Assembly: GCA_022616055.1 (NCBI GenBank)
Contig: JAKEFM010000284.1
Span: forward strand, 18,636 to 82,635
DNA: 64,000 nt
Direction of reading: 5' to 3'
Origin: Planctomycetota bacterium
GTDB lineage: Bacteria; Planctomycetota; UBA1135; JAKEFM01
Positions 24,087 to 32,570 of the stretch are shown here, piece by piece; the stretch's first letter is position 1; each line of letters starts with the position of its first letter. The notes beneath the pieces are model-generated. The model made no database searches, was not told the DNA's origin, and was given only the letters and a program-made list of their open reading frames with translations. The position numbers were made by a program, and so were the translations under genes.

Positions 24087-24122
24087 ATCGCTCCTCCTCC
24101 CCGTGCCCTACACAGGAGCGAT
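24087..24122 (-). promoter_or_regulatory. 5'-UTR hairpin overlapping the Shine-Dalgarno of acidic-repeat gene 2
   Basis: A 9-bp inverted repeat, ATCGCTCCT (24087-24095) / AGGAGCGAT (24114-24122). In the minus-strand mRNA the 3' arm AGGAGCGAT is part of GGAGGAGGAGCGAT, which sits immediately 5' of TTG 24082. Confidence 0.4.
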
Positions 24123-24528
24123 ATCCTAGCGAGGCCCTCCGGGATTGGGAAGAGGGCTAGGAATGGGCGATCCTTCCGGCTCGGGGCCGGGGCGTCCGCC
24201 TCCCCCTCCAGGCCGCGAGCCCCGCCCTTTCCTCCGCGGCTCGACCGAGAACCCGCTCGACCCCCTCCGGCCGGGCGTGCACCCCTCCCCGCGAGACGCG
24301 CTCCCTCGCCGGCCGGCACGGATCCGTCAGAAGGTGGGGATCGCCGCGCCGACTCCCCTCCCCCCCCCGGAACGGAGATGATCCCCGCGGGAGGCCACCC
24401 TGCAGGACGCCGCGGACCTCGTTCTCCAGTTCGGCAGCCGGTCGGGGAGCTGGGTCACCCTGGGGCTCTTCGGGCTGGTCTGCGGCGCCCTCGGAGGCGT
24501 CGCGGCCCGGGAGTGCCGGCGGCGCGGC

Positions 24529-24867
24529 TTGCGGCGCAGGGCTGCGATGCTCGTCGGTCTCCCCCTCTTCCTCGGCCCCCTCGGCCTCGTCTACGGCTCG
24601 TCCCTCGGCGGGTTCTACGAGGCGCACGCCTCGGGGCCGCACCTGGTGCTCCGATACCTGTCCCCCCTCCGCACCGAGCGTCTCGCCTGGTCGGATCTCA
24701 CGCGGATCGAAGCGCACCCCGCCTTCCGCGGTCGGTGGCGTCTCCACCTCAGCCTCGCCTCGGGGGGCGAGCTCGAGAGCGCGACGGCGAATGTCGAGGC
24801 GGTCGAGACGGCGGCGCGGCTCCTGCAGGCGCGCCTGGGTGCGGCAGCCCGCGGCGAGGCGCGTTGA
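24529..24867 (+). CDS. Small membrane protein, possibly with a bacterial PH-like (bPH) domain; the true start is probably further upstream
   Basis: 112 aa from TTG 24529. The TM segment is MLVGLPLFLGPLGLVYG, followed by HLVLRYLSPLRTERLAWSDLTRIEAHPAFRGRWRLHLSLASGGELE. The same frame is open back to 24382 and encodes a second TM helix (WVTLGLFGLVCGALGGVAA), but it has no ATG, GTG or TTG. This implies a CTG start or a 1-nt indel relative to ATG 24377. Confidence 0.45.
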   Translation: MRRRAAMLVGLPLFLGPLGLVYGSSLGGFYEAHASGPHLVLRYLSPLRTERLAWSDLTRIEAHPAFRGRWRLHLSLASGGELESATANVEAVETAARLLQARLGAAARGEAR

Positions 24868-24940
24868 TCGGGGGCCGGAGGGCCCCTCGGGCCGCTCGCC
24901 CGAGGACCGACGGATCGGGGCGCCCCGACGCTCGGGCTTC

Positions 24941-25687
24941 ATGACCCACTCCCTGGTGCTCGCCCTCGCGTACGCGAGCGTGTGCGCCCTCTGGTGGGGA
25001 GTGCATCGCCTCGTCCCGCTCTGGCGGGATCCGGAGCGCCCCCGGTTCCCGCATCCCTGGAAGGAGGTCGCCATCGCGCTGCTCGCGGTCGTGGGAGTGG
25101 TGCTCCTCGGACAGCTCTGGGTCCGCGGGATCCGTTTCCCTGCGCGGGGCGCGTGGATTCCCCTGGTCGAGTCGTTGAACCAATTCCTCATCTTCTCGCC
25201 GATCCTGGCGGTGCCGTGCCTGCGGCGGCAGGGCTGGGCGAGCGCGTGGGTCCAGCGCCCCGCGCTGGGGGCACGACTCGCCCTGGGGCTCGGGTTGGCG
25301 ATCCTCGCGGTCTCGCTCTACTCGGCGCTGGAGCGCGGCGCACCGGATTGGGGGGAGACGATGCGGGGCGTCTTCACGCCGGCCCGGGCGCACCTGGCCG
25401 TTCAGGTCCTCCTCGAGGACCTGGCGATCGCGATCCTCTTCGTCCGAGTGTCCGCCGCGACGGGCCCGCGCGTGGCGATCTTGGCCGTGGCCGCGCTCTT
25501 TGCCGCCGCTCACATCCCCTCCATGCTCGCCCGCGGCGCCACGATCCAGGAGGTCGCGGGCCTGCTTCGCGATCTTGGGCTCGGCGTGCTGGTCCTGGGC
25601 ACGGCGTGGCGAAGCGCGGACGTCGCCTGGGTGTGGCCGGTCCACTACTCCCTCGACATGACGCAGTTCCTGAGCCGCCCGAACTGA
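24941..25687 (+). CDS. CPBP-family-like (CAAX/Abi) intramembrane protease, divergent
   Basis: 248 aa and polytopic. Motif 2 is F-x-x-x-H (LFAAAHIP) and motif 3 is H-x-x-x-D (VHYSLDM). Motif 1 is degenerate (LLEDLAIAILFVR instead of EExxxR). Confidence 0.55.
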   Translation: MTHSLVLALAYASVCALWWGVHRLVPLWRDPERPRFPHPWKEVAIALLAVVGVVLLGQLWVRGIRFPARGAWIPLVESLNQFLIFSPILAVPCLRRQGWASAWVQRPALGARLALGLGLAILAVSLYSALERGAPDWGETMRGVFTPARAHLAVQVLLEDLAIAILFVRVSAATGPRVAILAVAALFAAAHIPSMLARGATIQEVAGLLRDLGLGVLVLGTAWRSADVAWVWPVHYSLDMTQFLSRPN

Positions 25688-25753
25688 CGACGGCCCGGAC
25701 CCGACCCGCTCCCCGACCCGCCCGCCGGCGGCGGGACGGAGGGGCGCCCCCGC

Positions 25754-27151
25754 TCAGGCGGGCCTCTCCTTCCTCTTCGCCGCTCGCCTCGTCTCCTCGA
25801 GGCCCCCCGCCACCGAGTCCGTGCCCTTCGCGACCCGGTCGTTCCACGACTCGGATCCCGGCGGGCCCGGCGCCTCCTCCATCGAGATGCACCCCTCGAC
25901 CGGGCAGACGAGCGCGCAGAGGTTGCAGCCGACGCATTCCTCGAGGTGGACGAAGGGGACGTAGCGGTCGGGGAAGGAGCCCGGAGCGCGGACTGGCACC
26001 TTCGGGACCTCCTTCGGGACGACCGTGTGGCCGGCGGCGCGGGACTGCGCCTCGGTGCGACCGGGGAGGTGGATGCACTGGTGCGCGCCGTCCATGCAGG
26101 CGACGTAGCAGAGCTGGCAGCCGATGCACTTGCCGGGGTCGATCACCGCCTTGAGGCGGTAGTTGAGGTCGAGCTCGCCCCACTCGCGGAAGGCCGGGAC
26201 GGCGGCGCCGCGGAGGTCGTTCACCGACTTCAGACCTCTGGCGTCGAGGTAGTCCGAGAGCCCCTCGACCATGTCCTCGACGATCCGGAAGCCGTAGTGC
26301 ATGACGGCGGTGCAGACCTGGACGCTCGCCGCGCCGAGGGCGATGAACTCGGCCGCGTCGCGCCAGTTCGAGATGCCGCCGATGCCGGAGATCGGGAGGC
26401 GGGCCGTCGCCGGGTGGCGGGCGAGGCGGCCGATCATGTGGAGGGCGATCGGCTTCACGGCCGGCCCGCAGTAGCCGCCGTTCGTCGAGAAGGACCCGAC
26501 GCGCGGGAGCGGGACGAGGCGGTCGAGGTCGACCCCCATCAGGGACTGGAGGGTGTTGATCAGGGAGAGGCCGCGGGCGCCGCCGCGCAGGGCCGCCTCG
26601 GCGGGCTCCGTGATGTCCCCGACGTTCGGCGTGAGCTTGACGAGGACGGGGGTGCGCGCGAACTCGACGGCCCAGCGCGTGATCTCCTCGAGGACCTTCG
26701 GCTCCTGCCCGACGGCCGAGCCCATCCCCCGCTCGCACATCCCGTGGGGGCAGCCGAAGTTCAGCTCCAGGCCGTCGGCGCCGGCGTCCTCGGAACGGCG
26801 GATGACCTCCTTCCACTCCTCCTTCGTCTCGACCATCAGGGAGACGACGAGGGCGTTCCTGGGCCAGCGCTTCTTCACCTCCGCGATCTCCCGGAGGTTC
26901 TCCTCGATCGGGCGGTCGGTGATCAGCTCGATGTTGTTGAAGCCGATCATCCGCCGGTCCCCGTAGTCGATCGACCCGAAGCGGCTGTTCACGTTCACGA
27001 TCGGGTTCCCGATCGTCTTCCAGACCGCTCCCCCCCATCCCGCGTCGAACGCGCGGAGGACCTGGGCGGCGCTGTTCGCGGGGGGGCCCGAGGCGAGCCA
27101 GAAGGGGTTCGGGCTCCTGATCCCCGCGAAGTCGATCGAGAGATCCGCCAT
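25754..27151 (-). CDS. preA: NAD-dependent dihydropyrimidine dehydrogenase subunit PreA (DHOD-like TIM barrel + 2x 4Fe-4S)
   Basis: 465 aa from ATG 27151 (MADLSIDFAGIRSPNPFWLASGPP...). It contains NFGCPHGM and LTPNVGDI, and C-terminal ferredoxin motifs CIGCQLCYVAC and CVGCNLCALVCP. The 971-aa track ORF runs through because no upstream in-frame stop exists. Confidence 0.9.
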   Translation of the reverse strand: MADLSIDFAGIRSPNPFWLASGPPANSAAQVLRAFDAGWGGAVWKTIGNPIVNVNSRFGSIDYGDRRMIGFNNIELITDRPIEENLREIAEVKKRWPRNALVVSLMVETKEEWKEVIRRSEDAGADGLELNFGCPHGMCERGMGSAVGQEPKVLEEITRWAVEFARTPVLVKLTPNVGDITEPAEAALRGGARGLSLINTLQSLMGVDLDRLVPLPRVGSFSTNGGYCGPAVKPIALHMIGRLARHPATARLPISGIGGISNWRDAAEFIALGAASVQVCTAVMHYGFRIVEDMVEGLSDYLDARGLKSVNDLRGAAVPAFREWGELDLNYRLKAVIDPGKCIGCQLCYVACMDGAHQCIHLPGRTEAQSRAAGHTVVPKEVPKVPVRAPGSFPDRYVPFVHLEECVGCNLCALVCPVEGCISMEEAPGPPGSESWNDRVAKGTDSVAGGLEETRRAAKRKERPA

Positions 27152-27219
27152 CGTCGGGCGCCCGGTTCCGGCGCCGAGGGCGCGGAGCATAGCACGGCCC
27201 TCGGGAGGCCCGGATCCGG

Positions 27220-29484
27220 TCATCCACGGAAGGCCCGGCGGAGGGTCCCGAGGAAGCGCTCGATCTCGGCCTGAACCCCGGCGGACTGGCTCACGATCAT
27301 CAGGCGGTCCCAGTGCCCGATGCGCGCCTCCGGATAGTTCTGCCAGCTGGCCGGGGCCACCGAGCTCCGCAGGAGGTTGTCGAGGGCCTCGGCCGCCTCG
27401 TCCGGATCCTCGTCGACGTCGGCCTTCAAGAGATCCTCGATGTCGTAGAAGCGGAGCTCCATCGAGGGTCTCGGGCCGAGCGCCACGGCGTCCTCGCGGA
27501 CCGAGAGCGTGAGGTTCGAGAGGGTCGCCACCCACTCGACCGCCCGGGAGAGGGGCACGCGCTCCAGGTGGAGCGTGATCGGAAGGTCGGGGTCCGCATC
27601 CCGGTCGAGGAGGAGGGGGAGGCCGCACTCCGAGCGCAGCCAGGCGCAGGCGCCCTTCAGGGGGGCGGAGTCGAGATGGACGGAGACCTCTCGCCCGAGG
27701 GCCTGCTCGAGGGCCGCGGTCACCGGGGAAGGATCCGGCTCGCCGCCGCGGCCCCGGTTCCGGAGCTGGGTGAGGAACCGCGCGAGCTCGCGGTGGACCG
27801 CCTCGGTCTGGTTCACGAGGAGCAGTCCCTTCCAGTGCGCCACCCCCACCGACTCCCTCTCCCACGATTCCGGCACGACGACGCTCCGGATGAGGTCGAC
27901 CAGACGGTCGGGTCGATCGTCCTCCCCGCCGGAGACGAGCGGGCGGATGTCGTAGACCCGCTGCTCGTAGCGGGAAGGAACCGCCCCGCGCGGGGCGACG
28001 AAGACGGCCCCCTGGACGAGGCCCCACTCGAGTTCCGTCGCCTCGCAGAAGCGATCGAGCGCCCTCTCGAGCGTCACGTCCGCGGCTTCGAGGTCGAGGG
28101 CCTCCCCGGCGCGCTCCGCGAGGGTGTCCGGGTGGACGACGAGATCCACCTTCCCCTCCGCCCGCAGCCCGTCGAGGACGGCCCGGAAGGACGTGTCGGC
28201 GAAGCGGAGCGTCACCCGCGTCGCCAGTTTCCTCCGCAGATCCTCCTCCCACGACGGCGCCGAGCCGCGGCGCTCGACGTGGATCGGCTCGACCGCGGCC
28301 GGATCCTGCGCGGCGCCCGACCCTTTCTCGGCCGGCGGGGAGAGGGGCTGGGCGCCGGTGAAGGCGACGAGCACGATCCCGCCGCCCAGGGCGAAAGCCG
28401 ACGCCCGGCCGCGGCGGGAACCCGACTCGTGGTTCGCGATCATCGAAATCCTCCGTTTCATCTCCCGGTGCCCTTCGAGGATGGGGAGCAGGGCGGAGCG
28501 GCGCCCCCCGGCGGAGCAGCACTCGATCAGCTTGATCAGCGTCCGTCCGTAGACCCGCTGGAGCTCGGACCCCGCCGGCTGGAGGGCGGTCCAGTCCCGC
28601 GCCGACTCCCGCTCCGCGCGGATCCGGCGGGTGGAGAACCAGACCGCCGGGTTGAACCAGTGCACGCACTCGAGGAGGGCGAGCAGGGCGTTCAGCGGGC
28701 CGTCCCTCGCGCGGAGGTGCGCCAGCTCGTGGCGGAACACGCAGGCCAGCTCCTCGGCGGAGAATCGCCCCTCCAGATGCGGCGGGAGGAGCAGGCGAGG
28801 CCGCAGCAGACCGACGAGCGCGGGCGCCCGGACCGCGTCGGTCGCGAGGATCCGCGGGGGCCGCTTCACCCCGAGGGAGCGCGCGCTCGAGGCGAGCGCG
28901 TCGAGGACCGCGGGGTCCTCGACGGCGCGAGCCCCGCGCAGCGCCCGCGCGAAGCGGAACTCGAGGACGAGGATCCGGAGGGCGAGGACCGCGGCGACCG
29001 ACAGCCAGAGGAGGAGCGCCCAGCTCGCCCGGTCCCTCGACGGAGATCCCGGGCCGGCCGGTCCGGCCTCGAGCGTCGGGGCCGCGATCGGGGCGAGGAC
29101 GGCGGACTCGGTCCCGACGGCCGGCTTCGGAGCCTTCGGCGGCGGGACCTTGGGCTCCCTCCCCCGCTCGGGTCGCGGGGCCTCGTCCGCCCGCGCGACC
29201 TCCGCCGCCGGGCCAACCGGCGGAGCGGCGGAGCGCGGTCCGAGGGGAGCCGGGGCGGACGGGGCGGGCGCCAGGTTGAAGATGCTCCAGGGAGCCTCGG
29301 GCAAGGCCGGCACCAGCAGCCGCCCGACCACCAGGAGCCAGAGGGCGTAGCGCGCGTGCGGCGTCAGGAAGCGGCCCCCGAGACTGAGCGCCGCGAGGAT
29401 CAGGGCGGCGAGGACGGCCACCTGCCAGGTCGTCCGCCAGAGCCAGTCGAGGACCCCGGGCGCCAGCGAGTCGGCCGCGTTCAT
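27220..29484 (-). CDS. BlaR1-like M56 peptidase signal transducer with a non-PBP extracytoplasmic domain
   Basis: 754 aa with several TM helices. The zinc motif is HELAHLRARD. After the last TM helix (ASAFALGGGIVLVAFTG) come paired modules (RVYDIRPLV...VVPESWE...LLVNQTEAVHRELARFLTQLR and LRFYDIEDLL...VAPASWQ...MIVSQSAGVQAEIERFLGTLR), not a penicillin-binding fold. ATG 29484 overlaps the upstream stop (ATGA). Confidence 0.85.
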   Translation of the reverse strand: MNAADSLAPGVLDWLWRTTWQVAVLAALILAALSLGGRFLTPHARYALWLLVVGRLLVPALPEAPWSIFNLAPAPSAPAPLGPRSAAPPVGPAAEVARADEAPRPERGREPKVPPPKAPKPAVGTESAVLAPIAAPTLEAGPAGPGSPSRDRASWALLLWLSVAAVLALRILVLEFRFARALRGARAVEDPAVLDALASSARSLGVKRPPRILATDAVRAPALVGLLRPRLLLPPHLEGRFSAEELACVFRHELAHLRARDGPLNALLALLECVHWFNPAVWFSTRRIRAERESARDWTALQPAGSELQRVYGRTLIKLIECCSAGGRRSALLPILEGHREMKRRISMIANHESGSRRGRASAFALGGGIVLVAFTGAQPLSPPAEKGSGAAQDPAAVEPIHVERRGSAPSWEEDLRRKLATRVTLRFADTSFRAVLDGLRAEGKVDLVVHPDTLAERAGEALDLEAADVTLERALDRFCEATELEWGLVQGAVFVAPRGAVPSRYEQRVYDIRPLVSGGEDDRPDRLVDLIRSVVVPESWERESVGVAHWKGLLLVNQTEAVHRELARFLTQLRNRGRGGEPDPSPVTAALEQALGREVSVHLDSAPLKGACAWLRSECGLPLLLDRDADPDLPITLHLERVPLSRAVEWVATLSNLTLSVREDAVALGPRPSMELRFYDIEDLLKADVDEDPDEAAEALDNLLRSSVAPASWQNYPEARIGHWDRLMIVSQSAGVQAEIERFLGTLRRAFRG

Positions 29485-29861
29485 CCCCGCGGCTCCTTCT
29501 CCTCGAGGATCCGCCGCAGCTCCTCGATCTCCCCGCGGGTGAGGCGGCTTCGCTTCACGAAGTGGAGGAGGAGAGGGCTCGCCGACCCGTCGAAGACCCG
29601 CGCAACGAAGGATCGGCCCTCCGCGGCGACGCACGCCTCGCGGGAGACCGCCGGCTCGTAGAGGTAGCGCTTCCCGTCGGACTCGGTCGAGAGGACCCCC
29701 TTCTTGACGAGCCGCGCGAGGAGCGTCTTCACCGTCCGATCCGTCCAGGCGGCCTGCGGGCCGAGGGCCTGGGCGACCTGGCTTGCGGTCCGCGGGTGCT
29801 CCTCCCAGAGGACCCGCATCACCTTCCACTCGGCCTCCGAGATGCGCGGGGGCGCCTTCAT
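29481..29861 (-). CDS. BlaI/MecI/CopY family transcriptional repressor
   Basis: 126 aa. The winged-helix N-terminus reads ISEAEWKVMRVLWEEHPRTASQVAQAL...WTDRTVKTLLARLVKKGVL...DGKRYLYEP. It is translationally coupled to the M56 gene. Confidence 0.92.
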   Translation of the reverse strand: MKAPPRISEAEWKVMRVLWEEHPRTASQVAQALGPQAAWTDRTVKTLLARLVKKGVLSTESDGKRYLYEPAVSREACVAAEGRSFVARVFDGSASPLLLHFVKRSRLTRGEIEELRRILEEKEPRG

Positions 29862-29892
29862 CGAGAGCCTTCCTAGTCGCCGGGAACGGGAT

Positions 29893-29926
29893 GACTACAG
29901 CCGTAGTCTTGATTACAGCCGTAGTC
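29893..29926 (-). promoter_or_regulatory. Two tandem dyad operators upstream of the BlaI-like gene
   Basis: GACTACAGCCGTAGTC (29893-29908; a perfect GACTAC-N4-GTAGTC dyad) and GATTACAGCCGTAGTC (29911-29926) lie 32-65 nt upstream of the start codon. The TACA...GTA core is reminiscent of BlaI/MecI operators. Confidence 0.65.
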
Positions 29927-30085
29927 AATGGCCCCGCAGGGTGTTCGGGAGCCCGTGCCCGCCTCGCGACCCGGGAGGCGCTCCGGCGAACCCCTCCGAT
30001 GGCGAGGGGCGCGAGGCGGCTCCGCGAACGCCCCGCGTCGACGGTCGACGAACCCGCACACTGGCGGAGGCCCCCCCGCGGCGTC

Positions 30086-31801
30086 CTAGGGGAGGATCTG
30101 GACGGTCAGCCGCTGCGTCAGCGCTCCCATCGCGGGCGCCGGGCCGGGCGTCGCGACGAGCCACTGGAAGCGCGGGAGAGCGCCGATGAGGAGCGGGTTC
30201 GAAGGGACGGGAACGGTGACGAGGGCGATCCCGGAGGCGCCCGCCGGCAGCGGGATCAGGAAGTCGGGAAAGACGAGGAGGGTGCAGGCGGGGAACCCGA
30301 CGCCGCCGAGGGGGATCGAGAGGGAGGAGATCCCGGCGATCAGGAGGGTCGGCGCGAAGGGCTCGGCAGAGGAGAGCACGACGCCGAAGCCGGCGTTCCC
30401 GATCGACGGCGAGCCCGACGTCGAGAGGTACGGCAGGAACGGGGCGGCGCCCAGGCATCCGACCCCCGTCACGGTGGTGCCGGAAGGGAGGGGGGCGCCG
30501 GAGACGAGCTTCGCGCGGCCCGCGCCGGCGAGGGGAGTCGGATCGCCGACGAGGAGATCGGGGACGCCGTCGGAGTTGGAGTCCCCCACCCCCGCGAGGG
30601 CGGAGCCGAACTGGTCGGAGGAGCTCGACCCGTTGAACGCGAGGAGCGCGGCGCCGCTCGCTCCCGAGAACACCCTCACCTGGCCCGGGAGGAACCCGAC
30701 GACCTCGGGCGCGCCCACGGCGAAGTCCGGCACGAGGTCCCCGTTCACGTCCCCCACCCCGGCCACGGACGTGCCGAAGGCGCCCGCGCCGATCGTCCCG
30801 CTCACGGACAGGAGCGAGGTCGCGCTCGCCGGGGAGACGACCCTGGCGTAACCGGGACCGGTCGGGCCCGGGATGCCGAATTCCGGCGCCCCGACGAGCA
30901 GATCGGGGACGCCGTCGGCGTTCACGTCCCCCGCGCGATCGACGGAACGGCCCAGGTAGTCGTTGTTGGATTGCCCGGCGATCGTCAGGAGGACGGCGCC
31001 CGTGGCCCCGGAGAAGAGCCTCGCGTACCCGAAACCCGGCGTCGGGAAGACCCCGTCCTGCGGCGCGCCGACGAGGACGTCGGCGACGAGGTCGCCGTCC
31101 ACGTCCTCCACTCCGGCGAGCGAGGCTCCGAGCTGGTCGTTCGCCGCGGAGCCCGAGAACACCTGGAGAGTCGACGCGCTCGCTCCCGAGAAGATCGTCG
31201 CGCGGCCGGCCGAAGCGAGCCCGCCCGGCGACGCCGCGGGGGCCCCGACGACGATGTCGGCCGATCCATCCCCGTTGAGGTCCCCCGGCCCGGCGACGGC
31301 CCTTCCAAAACCCTCGCCGGCGGCGGACGCCACCAGGGTGAGGAGGAGGGTCCCCCCCGCTCCCGAGAAGACCTGGGCGTATCCCCCGGCCGTCGGCGAG
31401 GTGGCGGACAGCGGCGCCCCGACGATCACGTCGGGCGCGCCGTCCCCGTCCACGTCCCCCGCTCCCGCGACGGACCAGCCGAAGCGGTCCCCGGGGTTCG
31501 AGCCGGTGAGCGTGAAGAGGAGGACCCCGTCGACGGCCGAGATCGCGCGCGCGTAGCCGGGCGCGCTCGGGAGGGTGCCTCCCTGCGGCGCCCCGACGAT
31601 CAGGTCCGGGACGGCATCCCCGTTCAGGTCTCCCGCCCTCGCGACGGAGAACCCGAGGCCGTCGCCCGGGCTCGTGCCGCTGAAGGTCCGGAGCACCGTC
31701 GCCTGGCCCCAAGCGGGCGCGGCGAGCGCGAGCAGCGAGGTCGGGGCGAGAGGAAGCGCTCGGAGGAAGGGCTCGACGCGCGAGGCGGGCCGAAGAACCA
31801 T
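30086..31801 (-). CDS. Secreted seven-repeat FG-GAP (integrin-alpha-like) beta-propeller protein with the shared C-terminal module
   Basis: 571 aa. Signal peptide LPLAPTSLLALAAPAWG. There are seven FG-GAP/Ca-binding repeats (AGDLNGDAVPDLIVGAP, AGDVDGDGAPDVIVGAP, PGDLNGDGSADIVVGAP, VEDVDGDLVADVLVGAP, AGDVNADGVPDLLVGAP, VGDVNGDLVPDFAVGAP, VGDSNSDGVPDLLVGDP). The C-terminus is ...VPVPSNPLLIGALPRFQWLV...LTVQILP. Confidence 0.88.
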   Translation of the reverse strand: MVLRPASRVEPFLRALPLAPTSLLALAAPAWGQATVLRTFSGTSPGDGLGFSVARAGDLNGDAVPDLIVGAPQGGTLPSAPGYARAISAVDGVLLFTLTGSNPGDRFGWSVAGAGDVDGDGAPDVIVGAPLSATSPTAGGYAQVFSGAGGTLLLTLVASAAGEGFGRAVAGPGDLNGDGSADIVVGAPAASPGGLASAGRATIFSGASASTLQVFSGSAANDQLGASLAGVEDVDGDLVADVLVGAPQDGVFPTPGFGYARLFSGATGAVLLTIAGQSNNDYLGRSVDRAGDVNADGVPDLLVGAPEFGIPGPTGPGYARVVSPASATSLLSVSGTIGAGAFGTSVAGVGDVNGDLVPDFAVGAPEVVGFLPGQVRVFSGASGAALLAFNGSSSSDQFGSALAGVGDSNSDGVPDLLVGDPTPLAGAGRAKLVSGAPLPSGTTVTGVGCLGAAPFLPYLSTSGSPSIGNAGFGVVLSSAEPFAPTLLIAGISSLSIPLGGVGFPACTLLVFPDFLIPLPAGASGIALVTVPVPSNPLLIGALPRFQWLVATPGPAPAMGALTQRLTVQILP

Positions 31802-32091
31802 CGGAGCCTCCTGGCTTGCACGCCCTCGAGGAGCGCCGCCATCCTACCGCTCCGACGGGGAACCCAGACTCGCGGGCCGGATCGGGATCCGTCCGCCGCG
31901 GACCTCGGGGATAGGCGGGCTACGAGCGAGAGGTCACGCAACCTCTCGACCGCCCGATCCGGTCGTCGCGTGCAGAGCCTCGGCGTCGAGCCCCGCAGCC
32001 GCCGTGCGGTGGTCTTCCCGCGGAGCACGCGGACGTGCGGCGCGCGATTCGGCCCATCGGCTCGACCGACCGGCCCGGGCCGCGCGCAGGG

Positions 32092-32445
32092 TCATCTCAC
32101 GTAGGCCTTCGGCTGCGACCGCTTCTCGGTGGCCTTCCCTCGGAGGATCCGGATGTCGAGCCGCCCGTCCTCGACGCCGTCGAGGGAGTCGAGCGCCGCC
32201 ATCTCCGTCCTCAGGTCGTCCTTCGTGACCACGCCCTTGCGGTCGAGCCTCTCGAGGACGGCGCCGAGCAGGAGGGCGAGGAACCCCGCGTCCTTCTCCA
32301 GCTCGGCGACGCGCTTCGCGAGCCCGGCCGTCTCCCGGACTTGGCGAGCCCCCCGGCGGCCCTGGAGCATCACGAGCCGCTGCATCTGGTCGCCCTGCGT
32401 CGGGGTCTGAAGCAGCGAAGGGAAGTAGAACCCGAAGAGTCCCAT
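32092..32445 (-). CDS. Hypothetical small protein
   Basis: 117 aa from ATG 32445 (MGLFGFYFPSLLQTPTQGDQMQRLVMLQG...). The composition is protein-like and I recognise no family. Confidence 0.5.
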   Translation of the reverse strand: MGLFGFYFPSLLQTPTQGDQMQRLVMLQGRRGARQVRETAGLAKRVAELEKDAGFLALLLGAVLERLDRKGVVTKDDLRTEMAALDSLDGVEDGRLDIRILRGKATEKRSQPKAYVR

Positions 32446-32570
32446 CGGATCGCTCCTGCCTGGGGTCGCGCCGCCGTTCCATGTCCCGGAGGGCGCGACC
32501 CGACGACGGCCCCTTATCGGCTCGCCGCCTCCCGCGACTGGCGAGCGCGCCGCGGGGCGTCCCGACCCGC

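Noticed and set aside
25754-28669. A 971-aa ORF suggesting that preA is fused to a long N-terminal extension.
   Set aside because: The extension is R/G/P-rich and overlaps the well-supported BlaR1-like gene in another frame. The PreA homology begins exactly at MADLSIDFAG (ATG 27151). The long ORF exists only because no in-frame stop happens to occur.
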